From positions 1,344,001 to 1,408,000 of the forward strand of contig CAVWHX010000004.1 of the NCBI GenBank assembly GCA_963754925.1: a stretch of DNA of 64,000 nucleotides. The letters run 5' to 3'. This stretch comes from an uncultured delta proteobacterium (GTDB lineage: Bacteria > Myxococcota > B64-G9). Shown in pieces: positions 1 through 10,354 of the stretch (position 1 is the stretch's first letter; each line of letters begins with the position of its first letter). Both the position numbers and the translations under genes were made by a program. The notes beneath the pieces are model-generated. The model saw only the letters and a program-made list of their open reading frames with translations, searched no databases and had not been told where the DNA came from.

Positions 1-1
1 T

Positions 2-647
2 CAAGGAGCACATATACAGGAAGCGGATCTTGCAGCCACTATTTCGACGGGCTATGGGAGGGAACGAGTTGAAAATCGGCTTGCCGCGGTGACCGAGATC
101 ACCTGCCACGCGAGGGGTATTCGGTTCGTTATCCCCAATACCCAGGTGTTGATCGATATCGGAGGGCAGGATAGCAAAGTGATTCGTTTGGATGGCGCCG
201 GGCGGGTGGTCGACTTTGCTATGAATGACAAATGCGCTGCCGGCACCGGGAGGTTTTTGGAGGCTATGGCGCGGGCGCTGCAAGTTGATATCGAGGATCT
301 CAGTGAACTAGACCAGGGGGCCCAAGGCACGGCGACTCTCAGTAGCATGTGCACGGTGTTTGCCGAAAGTGAAGTCGTCTCGTTGATTGCCAACGGTGTC
401 GATATCAAAGAGATAGTTCAGGGATTAAAATAGAGCCATTGCTTCCCGCACGCTCGGAATGGTAAAACGAGTCGCACCTGATGTAGCCAACTTGAATGTT
501 GCAATGTCCGGCGGGGTAGCGCGAAATTCGGGCGTGGTGAGAGCCTTAAGCGCCGCTTTAGGGCGCGATGTTCTCGTTCCGCTCATGCCGGACGCGATCG
601 GCGCCTTGGGCGCTGCGTTGATTGCAAAAGAACGGCACAAAAAATAA
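2..647 (+). CDS. CoA-substrate-specific enzyme activase (2-hydroxyacyl-CoA dehydratase activator, BadF/BadG/BcrA/BcrD ATPase family); 5'-partial, frameshift at ~428
   Basis: Motifs TGYGR, EITCHARG, DIGGQDSK, MNDKCAAGTGRFLE, CTVFAESEV, GGVARN, GALGAAL. Removing one A from TTAAAATAG joins ORFs 89-433 and 459-647 (GLNRAIASRTLGMVKR). Confidence 0.88.
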
Positions 648-660
648 TCCTATGATGCAG

Positions 661-2721
661 TTAGCGGTTGGTAGCGTTAACCAGGTCGAGCATTTCAGCA
701 ACCGTATGAACGGGTTTGTAACACTGATTATTCTTGCACACATACGCTGTTGTTTTTCCCTCACGATCGTTCATGTGTTGTGTGAACGGAGCCAGCCTCT
801 TGATGATGTGGTCTGATCGGTCTGAGAATTTCACCATAACAACGCATCGAGACGAGTACCGGCGCAGGTTACGGATCATATCCGTTAACACCGCGTCTGA
901 TGCCGAGCCGGATAATACTATTTGGCATGAATTTTCTTGTGAGTACAGAAGGCCGGCCAGCAGCATCGTATGCGCTTGAGGATGGTGTTGCATGACATTT
1001 GATGCATTCTGCAAAATCAAGGAGGCTCGTTCTTCCCACACGGCGTGGCCGGTCAGTCTACTCAGGCGTATGAGATTGTAAAATGCAACGGCGTTGCCTG
1101 AGGGAAAAGCGCCATCGGCGTATTCCGCGATTCTGGCTATCATCTCCTCACCATCATGCGGTGAAAAAAGCAACGGCCCGTCTTTTTCAGAAAATTGGAC
1201 GAGCATCGATTCGGTTAAACGCGCCGCCAGATCAAGGTACTCAGGGGTAAACGTTTGCTCATAGAGCTCGATTAGACCCCAGATAAAAAAGGCGTAATCG
1301 TCAAGATTCCCCGGTATCGAAGCCTCACCGTCACGGTAGCGGTGGAGAAGCCGGTCGCCCGGCTTGAGCATGGTGGCGATAATAAAGGCGGTCGCTTTTT
1401 CCGCAGCCGACCGGTAGAGATCATCTTCAACAAGCGCCGCCCCTCTCGCTAAGGCGGCGATCATCAGCCCGTTCCAGTCGGTAAGGATCTTGTCGTCTTT
1501 TGCGGGTCGCACCCGTTTCTTCCGCGCGGCGAGGAGTTTCCTTTGAACGGAATCGAATTTTTTTCTATCCTCCGGTACGTCCATAAGGTAGGGAATGTTG
1601 ACGCCGGACGTGTTCTGAGAAGCCTCCTCGGTGAAATTACCCCCGGGGGCCAAGTTGAAGATTTTCTGCGCATAATCCGCATCAGTTTCACCAAGCGTAT
1701 TGATACATTCATCAACAGTCCAGAGGTAATACTTGCCTTCGCGTCCTTCACTGTCGGCATCCTCCGCCGAATAAAAACCTCCTTCGGGTGATGTCATGTC
1801 CCGCCCGACATATTCAAATATCTCCTTGGCCACTGAGGCATAAAAGGGATCATTGCTCGCTTGGTATGCTTCGGTAAAAGCAAGCGCGAGCATGGCCTGG
1901 TCATAGAGCATTTTCTCGAAGTGAGGCACCAGCCATTTCTCGTCTGTGGCATAACGGTGGAATCCAAACCCAATCTGGTCGTAGATCCCGCCCAATCGCA
2001 TTCGCCGCAACGTCTCCAGGGTCATCGCCCGCGCATGTTCGACACCGCGATTCTCCCCGTAACGGAGGAGGAACATACAATTGTGGGGAGATGGAAACTT
2101 TGGTGCTCCCCCAAAGCCTCCATTGACCGAATCATAGCTGGCGGCAAAAATTTCATAGGTTCGATTGAAAATATCTGAACTCAAAATTCCCCCTTTTGGG
2201 GGAACGCTAAATTTTTTAACTTCTTCCGTTGCACTCTCTGCTGAAAAATTCACCGCAGTGCGCTGATCATGCCATAGAGATCTGATCTTACCGAGGAGTT
2301 CAACAAGCCCCAACATGCCCATTCGGCTTTCCTTCGGGATATAGGTGGCAGCGAAAAAGGGCTTTTTCTCCGGGGTCATGATGATGGTCAGCGGCCAACC
2401 GCCGCTCCCGGTCATCAGTTGGCATACGTTCATGTACACTTTGTCAATGTCTGGTCGCTCCTCGCGGTCGACTTTAATGGAAACAAACGTTTCATTGAGT
2501 AGCTGTGCCACCGCGGTATCCTCGAAAGATTCACGCTCCATCACATGGCACCAGTGGCAGGTGGAATAGCCGATAGAAAGAAATATCGGTTTGTCTTCCC
2601 GGATAGCCTTCGTAAACGCATCGTTTGTCCAAGGATACCAGTCAACGGGGTTGTTACAATGCTGTATAAGATACGGGCTTTTTTGTCCTACTAAATGATT
2701 GCCTGCCTGCATGGACTTCAT
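661..2721 (-). CDS. Thioredoxin-domain protein, YyaL/DUF255 (SSP411) family
   Basis: NHL..QKSPYLIQH..NPVDWYPW, SIGYSTCHWCHVMERESF, GGWPLT, PHFEKMLYDQA. Confidence 0.92.
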   Translation of the reverse strand: MKSMQAGNHLVGQKSPYLIQHCNNPVDWYPWTNDAFTKAIREDKPIFLSIGYSTCHWCHVMERESFEDTAVAQLLNETFVSIKVDREERPDIDKVYMNVCQLMTGSGGWPLTIIMTPEKKPFFAATYIPKESRMGMLGLVELLGKIRSLWHDQRTAVNFSAESATEEVKKFSVPPKGGILSSDIFNRTYEIFAASYDSVNGGFGGAPKFPSPHNCMFLLRYGENRGVEHARAMTLETLRRMRLGGIYDQIGFGFHRYATDEKWLVPHFEKMLYDQAMLALAFTEAYQASNDPFYASVAKEIFEYVGRDMTSPEGGFYSAEDADSEGREGKYYLWTVDECINTLGETDADYAQKIFNLAPGGNFTEEASQNTSGVNIPYLMDVPEDRKKFDSVQRKLLAARKKRVRPAKDDKILTDWNGLMIAALARGAALVEDDLYRSAAEKATAFIIATMLKPGDRLLHRYRDGEASIPGNLDDYAFFIWGLIELYEQTFTPEYLDLAARLTESMLVQFSEKDGPLLFSPHDGEEMIARIAEYADGAFPSGNAVAFYNLIRLSRLTGHAVWEERASLILQNASNVMQHHPQAHTMLLAGLLYSQENSCQIVLSGSASDAVLTDMIRNLRRYSSRCVVMVKFSDRSDHIIKRLAPFTQHMNDREGKTTAYVCKNNQCYKPVHTVAEMLDLVNATNR

Positions 2722-2832
2722 CCTTTTAATGATCAGTCACCTCAGAAATGTATCTACGTTCATCTGAAGGGCAAGTAAACAACGTGAGATCCTTGCCCGG
2801 GCGGTTCTGTCGGAGAGGATGGCCATTAAACA

Positions 2833-2865
2833 ATGAAAGGCGCGATTATAAGCCGCGCCTTTCAT
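2833..2865 (-). terminator. Stem-loop downstream of thiolase gene, probable terminator
   Basis: ATGAAAGGCGCG-N9-CGCGCCTTTCAT perfect 12-bp stem; weak U-tract. Confidence 0.55.
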
Positions 2866-2886
2866 GTTATACCTAACTACTAGTTA

Positions 2887-4065
2887 TTACTTAACTTTTT
2901 CAACCAACAGCGCCCCAGCGTTGCCGAAAGCGCCGCACAGTGCCGCCAGACCGTATTTCTCTTTCGGGAAATCGGTCTTCAGGATGTTTAGCAACGTTAC
3001 GATCAACCGCGCGCCCGATTGTCCCAGCGGATGGCCAAGGGCAATGGCTCCACCCCATACGTTCACCCGCTTGAATGGAGCGTTTTCGTTATCCAGCTTG
3101 AGCTCTCGGATGCATACCAGGGCTTGGCTGGCAAACGCCTCGTTGAGTTCCACCGGACCGATGTCGGAGGGCTTAAGGCCCGTTCTCTTGAACAACTTCT
3201 GCATCGCCGGGATAGGACCGATGCCCATGACGGTCGGGTCGCAGCCGGCCAAAACGCCGTAGCTAAACTTGTAGTGGTATTCCAGCCCCAGCGCATCCGC
3301 CTTCTTGCGGCTCATTAATAGCAAGCAGGCAGCTCCCTGGGTCAGCGGCGACGACGTGGCCGCTGTGCAACGTCCGTCCGGTTTGTACGGCGAGGTCATG
3401 GTCGCCATCTTCGCCGGGTCCACCTTGTCCCGGATCCACTGATCGCGGTCCACCAGAAATTCCTTGCCGTCGTCGTCCACTCCCATGACCGGGATAATCT
3501 CGTTCTTGAATTTGCCTGCGTCCCGGGCCGCGGCGGCCTTCTTGTTCGACCACACCGCCATGTTGTCCATGTCCTCGCGGGAGACGTTCCACTGCTCCGC
3601 CACTTTCTCGGCGGTCGGGCCCATAGGCAGGTCGGCGCCGTTGTAGTACTTGAGAAGTCGCGGCGGGAAGTCGAAATTGGCCCCCATAGGAACTTTTTCC
3701 ATGTCCTCGACGCCGGCAGCCAGCATGATGTCGGTCTGGCCGGTCATGATCGCGCGCGCCGCATGCATGGTGGCGGACATGCCCGACGGGCACTGATTCG
3801 TCATGGTGTTGCTGGGCACCGAGTCCGGCAATCCTGAGGCCAGCCACGCCAGTCGGCCGATATCGTTCTGCACCCCCGAAATATTGGCGCAGCCGACCAA
3901 CAGCGCGTCAACATCCTCGGGTTTCACTTTCTTGTTGCGCTCAAAAATGGCCTGATAGATGACGGTGAGCAATTCATCAGGCCGAAGTTTTCTAAACCAG
4001 CCCTTTTCTCGGTGGGCTCTGCCGTTGGGAGTACGAACTCCGTCGATAAAGATGGCTTCTTCCAT
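2887..4065 (-). CDS. Thiolase (acetyl-CoA C-acyltransferase)
   Basis: RTP N-terminal motif, catalytic C (NQCPSGM), ELNEAFA, GGAIALGHPLG, C-terminal Cys (LCGAFG). Confidence 0.95.
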   Translation of the reverse strand: MEEAIFIDGVRTPNGRAHREKGWFRKLRPDELLTVIYQAIFERNKKVKPEDVDALLVGCANISGVQNDIGRLAWLASGLPDSVPSNTMTNQCPSGMSATMHAARAIMTGQTDIMLAAGVEDMEKVPMGANFDFPPRLLKYYNGADLPMGPTAEKVAEQWNVSREDMDNMAVWSNKKAAAARDAGKFKNEIIPVMGVDDDGKEFLVDRDQWIRDKVDPAKMATMTSPYKPDGRCTAATSSPLTQGAACLLLMSRKKADALGLEYHYKFSYGVLAGCDPTVMGIGPIPAMQKLFKRTGLKPSDIGPVELNEAFASQALVCIRELKLDNENAPFKRVNVWGGAIALGHPLGQSGARLIVTLLNILKTDFPKEKYGLAALCGAFGNAGALLVEKVK

Positions 4066-4077
4066 AGGGTGGTCTCC

Positions 4078-4650
4078 TTAGCTGAACAGCGGTTGCGTAC
4101 CCATGGCGAAGGACATGTCGCCTTCGATTTTCATGGCGCCCGACATGAACAAGTTGACTGGATTGGTCTCGCGGCGCATCAGAGCCGAAGAATCTTTCGC
4201 GGTCATCTTGAACACCGAGCTTGGGGTAGTGGCACCGTTGAGGATGGTTTGAATTTTAAGGATGCTGCCGTCATCTCCGGTGAGCTCGGCCACAAAGCTG
4301 CCCTTGAGGGAGTTCAGGGCGTTGTACTTGGCTTTATTCAGGCCGTTCTGAATGCCGGTGATCATGTCGAGGTTTCCGTTCTTGATCATTTTCTCGACGT
4401 CTTCCTTGGCGATCTTAATCCGTAGCTTCGGTTTGGGCATGTCTCCCTTGGCATACACGACCTCAGAGCCGTTTTTCAGGTTGTAGCTATACAGCTCGCC
4501 CGAAATGTCCATGACCATGGTGATCTCGGTGCCGGCAAGTTCGGTCGGCGCCTTGGAATTAGCGAGTTGCTCTTTAATGATTTTCGGCATCAACTCGGCG
4601 AAGAGTGAATTTACGCTGGTATCTTTCGGTACGGTTGGTAATGCGACCAT
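4078..4650 (-). CDS. SCP2 sterol/lipid-binding domain protein
   Basis: C-terminal NPVNLFMSGAMKIEGDMSFAM is SCP2-like; AGGAGG RBS before ATG at 4650. Confidence 0.75.
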   Translation of the reverse strand: MVALPTVPKDTSVNSLFAELMPKIIKEQLANSKAPTELAGTEITMVMDISGELYSYNLKNGSEVVYAKGDMPKPKLRIKIAKEDVEKMIKNGNLDMITGIQNGLNKAKYNALNSLKGSFVAELTGDDGSILKIQTILNGATTPSSVFKMTAKDSSALMRRETNPVNLFMSGAMKIEGDMSFAMGTQPLFS

Positions 4651-4681
4651 GGGATTCCTCCTTCTACTTCTGTTAGAGATA

Positions 4682-4707
4682 GATAAAACTGACACGACAG
4701 TTTTATC
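4682..4707. promoter_or_regulatory. Palindromic operator 1 (candidate TetR-type site)
   Basis: GATAAAACTG-ACACGA-CAGTTTTATC; core ACTGACAcGaCAGT resembles operator 2. Confidence 0.55.
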
Positions 4708-4775
4708 GGGTTAAAATAACTCACCACTCAAAGTAATTTTTCCATTGACAATTTCAGTCCAATACATTCTATATT

Positions 4776-4791
4776 GACTGACATGTCAGTC
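4776..4791. promoter_or_regulatory. Perfect 16-bp palindromic operator 2
   Basis: GACTGACATGTCAGTC, just downstream of TTGACA (4745-4750) in the divergent intergenic region. Confidence 0.65.
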
Positions 4792-4906
4792 TTAATTTAT
4801 TTAGAAGTTAAGTCAATAGTATTTTTTACCGTAACTATGCGAACGAGGTATATGTGCGATACGTCCCGAATTAACTGAAGAAAAACGTGATCCAGACGCA
4901 AGGAGA

Positions 4907-6022
4907 ATGGCAATGGAAGAAAGAGAATTCAGTTTTCGAATGTCTGAGGAGCAGGGCAGCATGAAGACGACCATCGCGCGGCTGATGAAGAGCGTGGTGG
5001 TGAACAAGGCGCATGAGATGGACGAAAAGCGGGCGATACCGAACGAGTTCATCCAGAAGGTATGGGAACTCGGGACGGCGGTATCGGGGATACCGGAGGA
5101 GTACGGCGGGTACGGGATGGAGTATTCGCCGATCATGAACGCGATCGTGCTGGAGGAGTTAGCGGCAGGGGACATGGCGTTGGCGATCGCTGCGACGCTG
5201 CCGTCGATGTTCATGTACCCGTTGTTGGAGATGGGGACGGATGAGCAGAAGAAGAAGTACCTACCGCTGTACTGCGATGCGGCGACGTTCAAGGCGTGTA
5301 CGGTGGCAATAAACGAGCCGCGGTTTCGGTTTGATGCGGTTGCGCTGGAAACCAAGGCCGAGAAACAGGGCAAAGGCTACGTGCTAAACGGCAAGAAATG
5401 TTTTGTGCCGCTGGCCAAGAGCGCGGGGCACCTGTTGGTGGCGGCGACGACTGAAGGCAAGAAAGAGCTGTTCATCGTGGCCGGCGACAATCCTGGATTG
5501 AAGGTAGGGAATCGGGAGAAGAACCTGGGGTTGTACGCATTGGAGACGTACCCGGTGGTATTGGAGAACTGTGCGGTAGCGCCGGAGGACATGGTAGGCG
5601 GCGAGAAAGGGTGCAATTACGATCGATTTTTACAAAAGACGCGGATAGCCCTGTCGGCGATGGGGACGGGGGTATCGCGGGCGTCGTTTGAATATTCGCG
5701 GGATTATGCGAAGGAGCGGGTGCAGTTTGGAGAGCCGATAGCGAGCCGGCAGGCGATCGCGTTCATGATAGCGGAAATGGCGTACGAGGTAGACGCGATG
5801 CGGCTTCTGACGTGGAAGGCGGCTTCGGCGTTGGAGGCCGGGCGCGACGCGAAGCGCGAGGCGTATTTAGCGAAGCTGTATGCGGGAGAGATGACGATGA
5901 AGCTGACGGATTACGGGGTGCAGATATTGGGCGGGCACGGGTATATCCGGGAGAATCCGGTGGAGCGATACTACCGGAACGGGCGCGGCATCGCGATACT
6001 CGAAGGCATGGCAATGGTATAA
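4907..6022 (+). CDS. Acyl-CoA dehydrogenase (FadE24-like subunit)
   Basis: IPEEYGG, LNGKKCFV, RVQFGEPIASRQAIAF, GVQILGGHGY..E.PVERYYR. Confidence 0.93.
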   Translation: MAMEEREFSFRMSEEQGSMKTTIARLMKSVVVNKAHEMDEKRAIPNEFIQKVWELGTAVSGIPEEYGGYGMEYSPIMNAIVLEELAAGDMALAIAATLPSMFMYPLLEMGTDEQKKKYLPLYCDAATFKACTVAINEPRFRFDAVALETKAEKQGKGYVLNGKKCFVPLAKSAGHLLVAATTEGKKELFIVAGDNPGLKVGNREKNLGLYALETYPVVLENCAVAPEDMVGGEKGCNYDRFLQKTRIALSAMGTGVSRASFEYSRDYAKERVQFGEPIASRQAIAFMIAEMAYEVDAMRLLTWKAASALEAGRDAKREAYLAKLYAGEMTMKLTDYGVQILGGHGYIRENPVERYYRNGRGIAILEGMAMV

Positions 6023-6049
6023 CGGACGACGGAACTGGAGGAAAAACAA

Positions 6050-7252
6050 ATGATAAACCTTGAAATAACACAGAAGATGGCCGAGATACGGGCCGGGATG
6101 AACAACATGGCGAAAGGGATGCTGCGGCCGATATCGCGGCATTACGACGAGCACGAGCACGAGTATCCGAAGGAGCTGGATGTCTTTCGAAACGTGAAGG
6201 TGATGGCGCGGCCGAAGAAGAAGAAGAAGGAAGAAGGAGCGGCGCCGAAGCCCGAGAAGCCGGGTTCGCAGAGAATAGGAGCGAACCTGGGGATGGTAAT
6301 GACGATCGAGGAGATGTGCTGGGGCGATTTAGGTCTGCTGTTGTCGTTTCCGAACGCTGGGTTAGGGAACGCGGCGATCATCGCGGTAGCGACAGACGAG
6401 CAGATGGAGCAGTTTGGGAACAAGTGGGCGTCGATGGCGATCACGGAGCCGGGGGCGGGGTCTGATTCGGGGTCGATCACGGCGAAGGCAAAGCTGGACG
6501 GAAACGAGTGGGTAATCAACGGAGAGAAGATCTTTGTGACCTGCGCGGAGCGAGCGGAAGTGGCGGTGGTGTGGGCGACGGTGGATAAGAGCGCGGGCAA
6601 GGCCGGGATCAAGTCGTTTTTGGTGGAGAAGGGACGGCCGGGGTTCAAGCTTGAGAAATTGGAGCACAAGCTGGGGATACGGGCGTCTGACACGGGTACG
6701 TACGTGTTCGATGACTGCCGGATCCCGAAGGAGAATGTCTTAGGGAGCGCGGAAGTGAAGCAGGGGACGGAAGGGTTCAAGGGAGCGATGAAGACGTTTG
6801 ACAACACGCGGCCGCTGGTGGCGTCGATGGCGTTGGGGGTGACGCGGGCGGCGGTGGATTTCACACGGGAGAAGATCGAGGAGAGCGGGATCAAGCTGGA
6901 TTACGAGCGGAACGCGACAAACGTTAGCGGGTTGGAGCGAGAGTTTTATATGATGGAAGCGAATTTGGAAGCGATGCGGCTCTTGACGTGGCGGGCGGCG
7001 TGGATGATGGACAACGGGGAGTTCAACAATCTTGAGGCGTCGATGGCGAAGGCGAAGTCGGGGAGGTACGGCACGTTGATAGCGCAGCGGTGCTGCGAGT
7101 TATTGGGGCCGTTGGGGTTTTCGTGCGAGCAGCTGGCGGAGAAGTGGATGCGGGACGTGAAGATAACGGACATTTTCGAGGGCACGGGGCAAATTCAGCA
7201 CCTGATCATTGCCCGGAACGTGTTGGAATATTCGAGCAAGCAGCTTCGGTAA
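6050..7252 (+). CDS. Acyl-CoA dehydrogenase (FadE23-like subunit)
   Basis: MINLE start, AITEPGAGSD, NGEKIFVT, EHKLGIRASDT, EKWMRDVKITDIFEGTGQIQ. Confidence 0.93.
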   Translation: MINLEITQKMAEIRAGMNNMAKGMLRPISRHYDEHEHEYPKELDVFRNVKVMARPKKKKKEEGAAPKPEKPGSQRIGANLGMVMTIEEMCWGDLGLLLSFPNAGLGNAAIIAVATDEQMEQFGNKWASMAITEPGAGSDSGSITAKAKLDGNEWVINGEKIFVTCAERAEVAVVWATVDKSAGKAGIKSFLVEKGRPGFKLEKLEHKLGIRASDTGTYVFDDCRIPKENVLGSAEVKQGTEGFKGAMKTFDNTRPLVASMALGVTRAAVDFTREKIEESGIKLDYERNATNVSGLEREFYMMEANLEAMRLLTWRAAWMMDNGEFNNLEASMAKAKSGRYGTLIAQRCCELLGPLGFSCEQLAEKWMRDVKITDIFEGTGQIQHLIIARNVLEYSSKQLR

Positions 7253-7286
7253 CAGGTCTCAATACTTTATACTAAGGAGAGTAGCC

Positions 7287-8451
7287 ATGAACATTAACGA
7301 CGTAAAGAAGATCGCGATAATCGGGTCCGGAGCAATGGGGCACGGGATCGCGCAGGTATGCGCGCAGGCGGGGTATCTGGTAGTGATGCGGGACATCAAG
7401 CAGGAGTTTTTGGACAACGCGGTATCCAAGGTTCGGGAAAGCCTAGGGATTTTAGTGAGCAAGGGAAAGCTGAGCCAGCCGGCCATGGATACGGCGATGG
7501 GGAATCTGAAGACGACGCTGGACATGAAGGAAGCGATTGCGGGGTCGCAGATTGTGGTGGAGGCGGTGCCCGAGATCATGGATCTGAAGAAGAAGGTGTT
7601 TACGGAGATATCGAATCTGGCGTCGGCGGATGCGATATTGGCGACGAACACGTCGACCATGAGCATATCGGAGATCGGCAACGTGGTAAAAAACCCGACG
7701 AGGTTTGTGGGGCTGCACTTTTTCAACCCGGTGAATCGGATGAAGCTGGTGGAAGTGATCTACGGGAACAAGACGAACGATGCGACGGCGGACTTGCTGT
7801 GCGAGGTATCGAAGAAGATAGAGAAGGTGCCGGTGAAGGTGCTGAAGGACCGGCCGGGGTTCATCGTGAACCGGATCAGCGCGCCGGTGCAGGCGTTGTT
7901 GTCGGCGATATTGGACGAGGGAAAGATACAACCGCAGGAATTGGATGCGGTTCTTAAAAGGATGGGTGCGAAGATGGGACCGTTCGAGGTGGCGGATTAT
8001 GTGGGGCTGGACGTATTCTGCCACATACTGGAGTACTACGCGAAGACGCTGAATCCGAAGTACAAACCCGGCAGGTATCTGACCTCGAAGGTGCAGAAGA
8101 ACGAGCTGGGAATGAAGACGGGCAAGGGCATCTACACGTGGAAGGACGGCAAGGCGGTAATCGACACGTCGAAGGAGACGCAGGACATCACGCCGGTGCA
8201 CCTGCTGTCGGTGCAGGTGAACGAAGCGGTGAAGGTTTGGAAGGAAGGGCTGGCGCAGTCGATCCAGGACATCGACGATGCGGTGAAATTCGGGATGAAT
8301 GCGTTTGCAGGGCCGTTTGCGTTGGCGTCGGGGATGCAGCCGGAGCAGGTGGCGGGAGCGCTGAACGCCCTGCAGGAAACGCTACGGCTTGGATTTCCTC
8401 AAGCCCGAACCTGAAATCGTCGACGGGTCCTTCAAAACCATTGGACGATAA
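7287..8451 (+). CDS. 3-hydroxyacyl-CoA dehydrogenase (frameshift near 8377 close to the C-terminus)
   Basis: GSGAMGHGIA Rossmann motif, EAVPE, NTSTMSI, GLHFFNP, PGFIVNRI; AAGGAG RBS. Removing one base in CAGGAAAC gives ...RYGLDFLKPEPEIVDGSFKTIGR*. Confidence 0.9.
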
Positions 8452-8595
8452 ACGCAGCTACTTGTAGCTATTCCTATCTTGACTCAACGGTTGTCAATAC
8501 AACCTGTCGCTGCGGCTGATTTTACTTTCAAAGCAGTGCACGATCTTTGGCAGGTGTCGCAAGCTAAAAATTTATAACATATCGCAGGGATGTTA

Positions 8596-9312
8596 TTATT
8601 TGAGATCTCCTGCCTTAATAGATTCCTCAATCAATTGGTGATAGTTAGATGTCTTTGCTCTATCAATATATTTCTGCAATTTCACCATTTTCATCATTCC
8701 CTTTAAAGCTTTAAAGGGCAACTTTTTAATCTGGTTGTTTGTTATTCCTTTTGGCAAGCCACTGCCGAGGTCTGGATCCGTCATGAATGTCACCTTGGTA
8801 TGTTCTCTATCACCCGGAATCCATTCAAGGGTGAGCTCATTAGATAATGACGGCATTCTCACATATCCTTCACCTGAATCGTAACTCATCTCATTGGTTG
8901 ACTTGGTTAAGATGATACTAGTGCCTGTTTCAGGATTATAGGTTCTGCTGCTATTAAGCACCACATCCCGGTCGGTCAACAGAGGAATATGCTGACGCAA
9001 CCAAAAAATAAAAATATCTTTCTCTTCATCGACGACTTTTAGTACTTTTGTTGCCTTGCAATCATACATCCATTCCGGAAAATTCGGAATATCCCTGAGA
9101 ACCATCGCAACGACTTCCATTCTGGCGGGGATGACACAAGTAGCTTTGGCCGCGATATACGGCTTCCCCTCAACCGGACTCGTATAGGTCTGGCATCCAT
9201 CTTCAGTGTCTTCAAGCTTCCATTGATACTTCTCTGCATTCTGGGCAAAACTGGTTGAAGCGACAATAGAAAGTAAAAATAACCATGTGAAGATAGCATT
9301 TTTCTTAACCAT
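8596..9312 (-). CDS. Secreted START/SRPBCC lipid-binding domain protein, paralog 1
   Basis: Signal peptide ending TSFA-Q; W.L..T.DG; W...C....VLK; P....DRDVVL; YVRM; DPDLG..LP; GAGGAGG RBS. Confidence 0.78.
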   Translation of the reverse strand: MVKKNAIFTWLFLLSIVASTSFAQNAEKYQWKLEDTEDGCQTYTSPVEGKPYIAAKATCVIPARMEVVAMVLRDIPNFPEWMYDCKATKVLKVVDEEKDIFIFWLRQHIPLLTDRDVVLNSSRTYNPETGTSIILTKSTNEMSYDSGEGYVRMPSLSNELTLEWIPGDREHTKVTFMTDPDLGSGLPKGITNNQIKKLPFKALKGMMKMVKLQKYIDRAKTSNYHQLIEESIKAGDLK

Positions 9313-9392
9313 GAAAAACCTCCTCGGAGATCCAAGAAATAAACAATCCACAGGTGGGCGGCAATACATCTTAAGAATATATTGTGGTGGTC

Positions 9393-10100
9393 TTACGGTT
9401 TAAGAGTACCATCCTTAATGCCTTCCTCGGTCAACTTGGCATATTTGGATGTTTTGGCGCTATCGATATATTTCTGCAATTTCACCATTTTCATCAATCC
9501 ATTTAAAGATTTAAAAGTTGATTTTTTGATTGTAGAATTCGACATTCCTTTTGGCAGGCCTTTGCCGAGGTCTGGGTCCGACATGTACGTCACCTTGGTG
9601 TGTTCTCTATCAACCCATTCAAGAGTGTATTCTGATGTCAATGAAGGCATTCTCACATATCCTTGACCCGAATCGTAAGGCATTTCGTCTGTTGCGTTGA
9701 CTTTGATATGAGCAAACCCCGGGTGTTCTTCACTTTCAGTCTTGAGCACCACATCTCTGTCGGTCAACAGAGGAATATGCTGACGGAGCCAGAAAATAAA
9801 AATATCTTTCTCGTCATCTACAGTCTTTAACACTTTCGTTTCTTTACAATCAAACAGCCATTCCGGTAAATTCGGAATATCCCTGAGAACCATGCCAATT
9901 ACTTCTATCCGAGCGGGGATAACACAGGTGGTTTTGGCCGCGATATACTCTTTGCCGGCAACTTTACTTACATATGTCTGGCATCCATCTTCCGTGTCTT
10001 CAAGCTTCCATTGATACTTATCGGCAGTCTGGGCAAGACTGGTTGTGGCGGCAACAAAAAGCATCAATGCAGTAATGATAAAAACGTGTTTCTTGGCCAT
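9393..10100 (-). CDS. Secreted START/SRPBCC lipid-binding domain protein, paralog 2
   Basis: Highly similar to neighbours; signal peptide ending TSLA-Q. Confidence 0.78.
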   Translation of the reverse strand: MAKKHVFIITALMLFVAATTSLAQTADKYQWKLEDTEDGCQTYVSKVAGKEYIAAKTTCVIPARIEVIGMVLRDIPNLPEWLFDCKETKVLKTVDDEKDIFIFWLRQHIPLLTDRDVVLKTESEEHPGFAHIKVNATDEMPYDSGQGYVRMPSLTSEYTLEWVDREHTKVTYMSDPDLGKGLPKGMSNSTIKKSTFKSLNGLMKMVKLQKYIDSAKTSKYAKLTEEGIKDGTLKP

Positions 10101-10354
10101 AATAAACCTCCTGTTCCTTTGTAAATATTGTTATTCTGAAAGCTTGATCACCCGGTGCCTCTGCAATTTAACTTAACGATCGATACGATTGGGTAATTCA
10201 GTGATCAACAGAAAAAGTTTGTCAAGGAATATTAATGACGACGATATCACCTACGTTTCCCCTGGATTCCGACCTGCGGACGAATGACCAAGCGTAAATG
10301 GAAGAAAATACCTATTTGAAAGACGACTACGAGAATTTTTAAAAGAAAGTAATA

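Noticed and set aside
6142..8201. Long antisense and alternative-frame ORFs (also 17940-19007, 45653-46546, 48206-49231 and others)
   Set aside because: Shadow ORFs of GC-rich or codon-biased genes; no RBS or recognisable motifs
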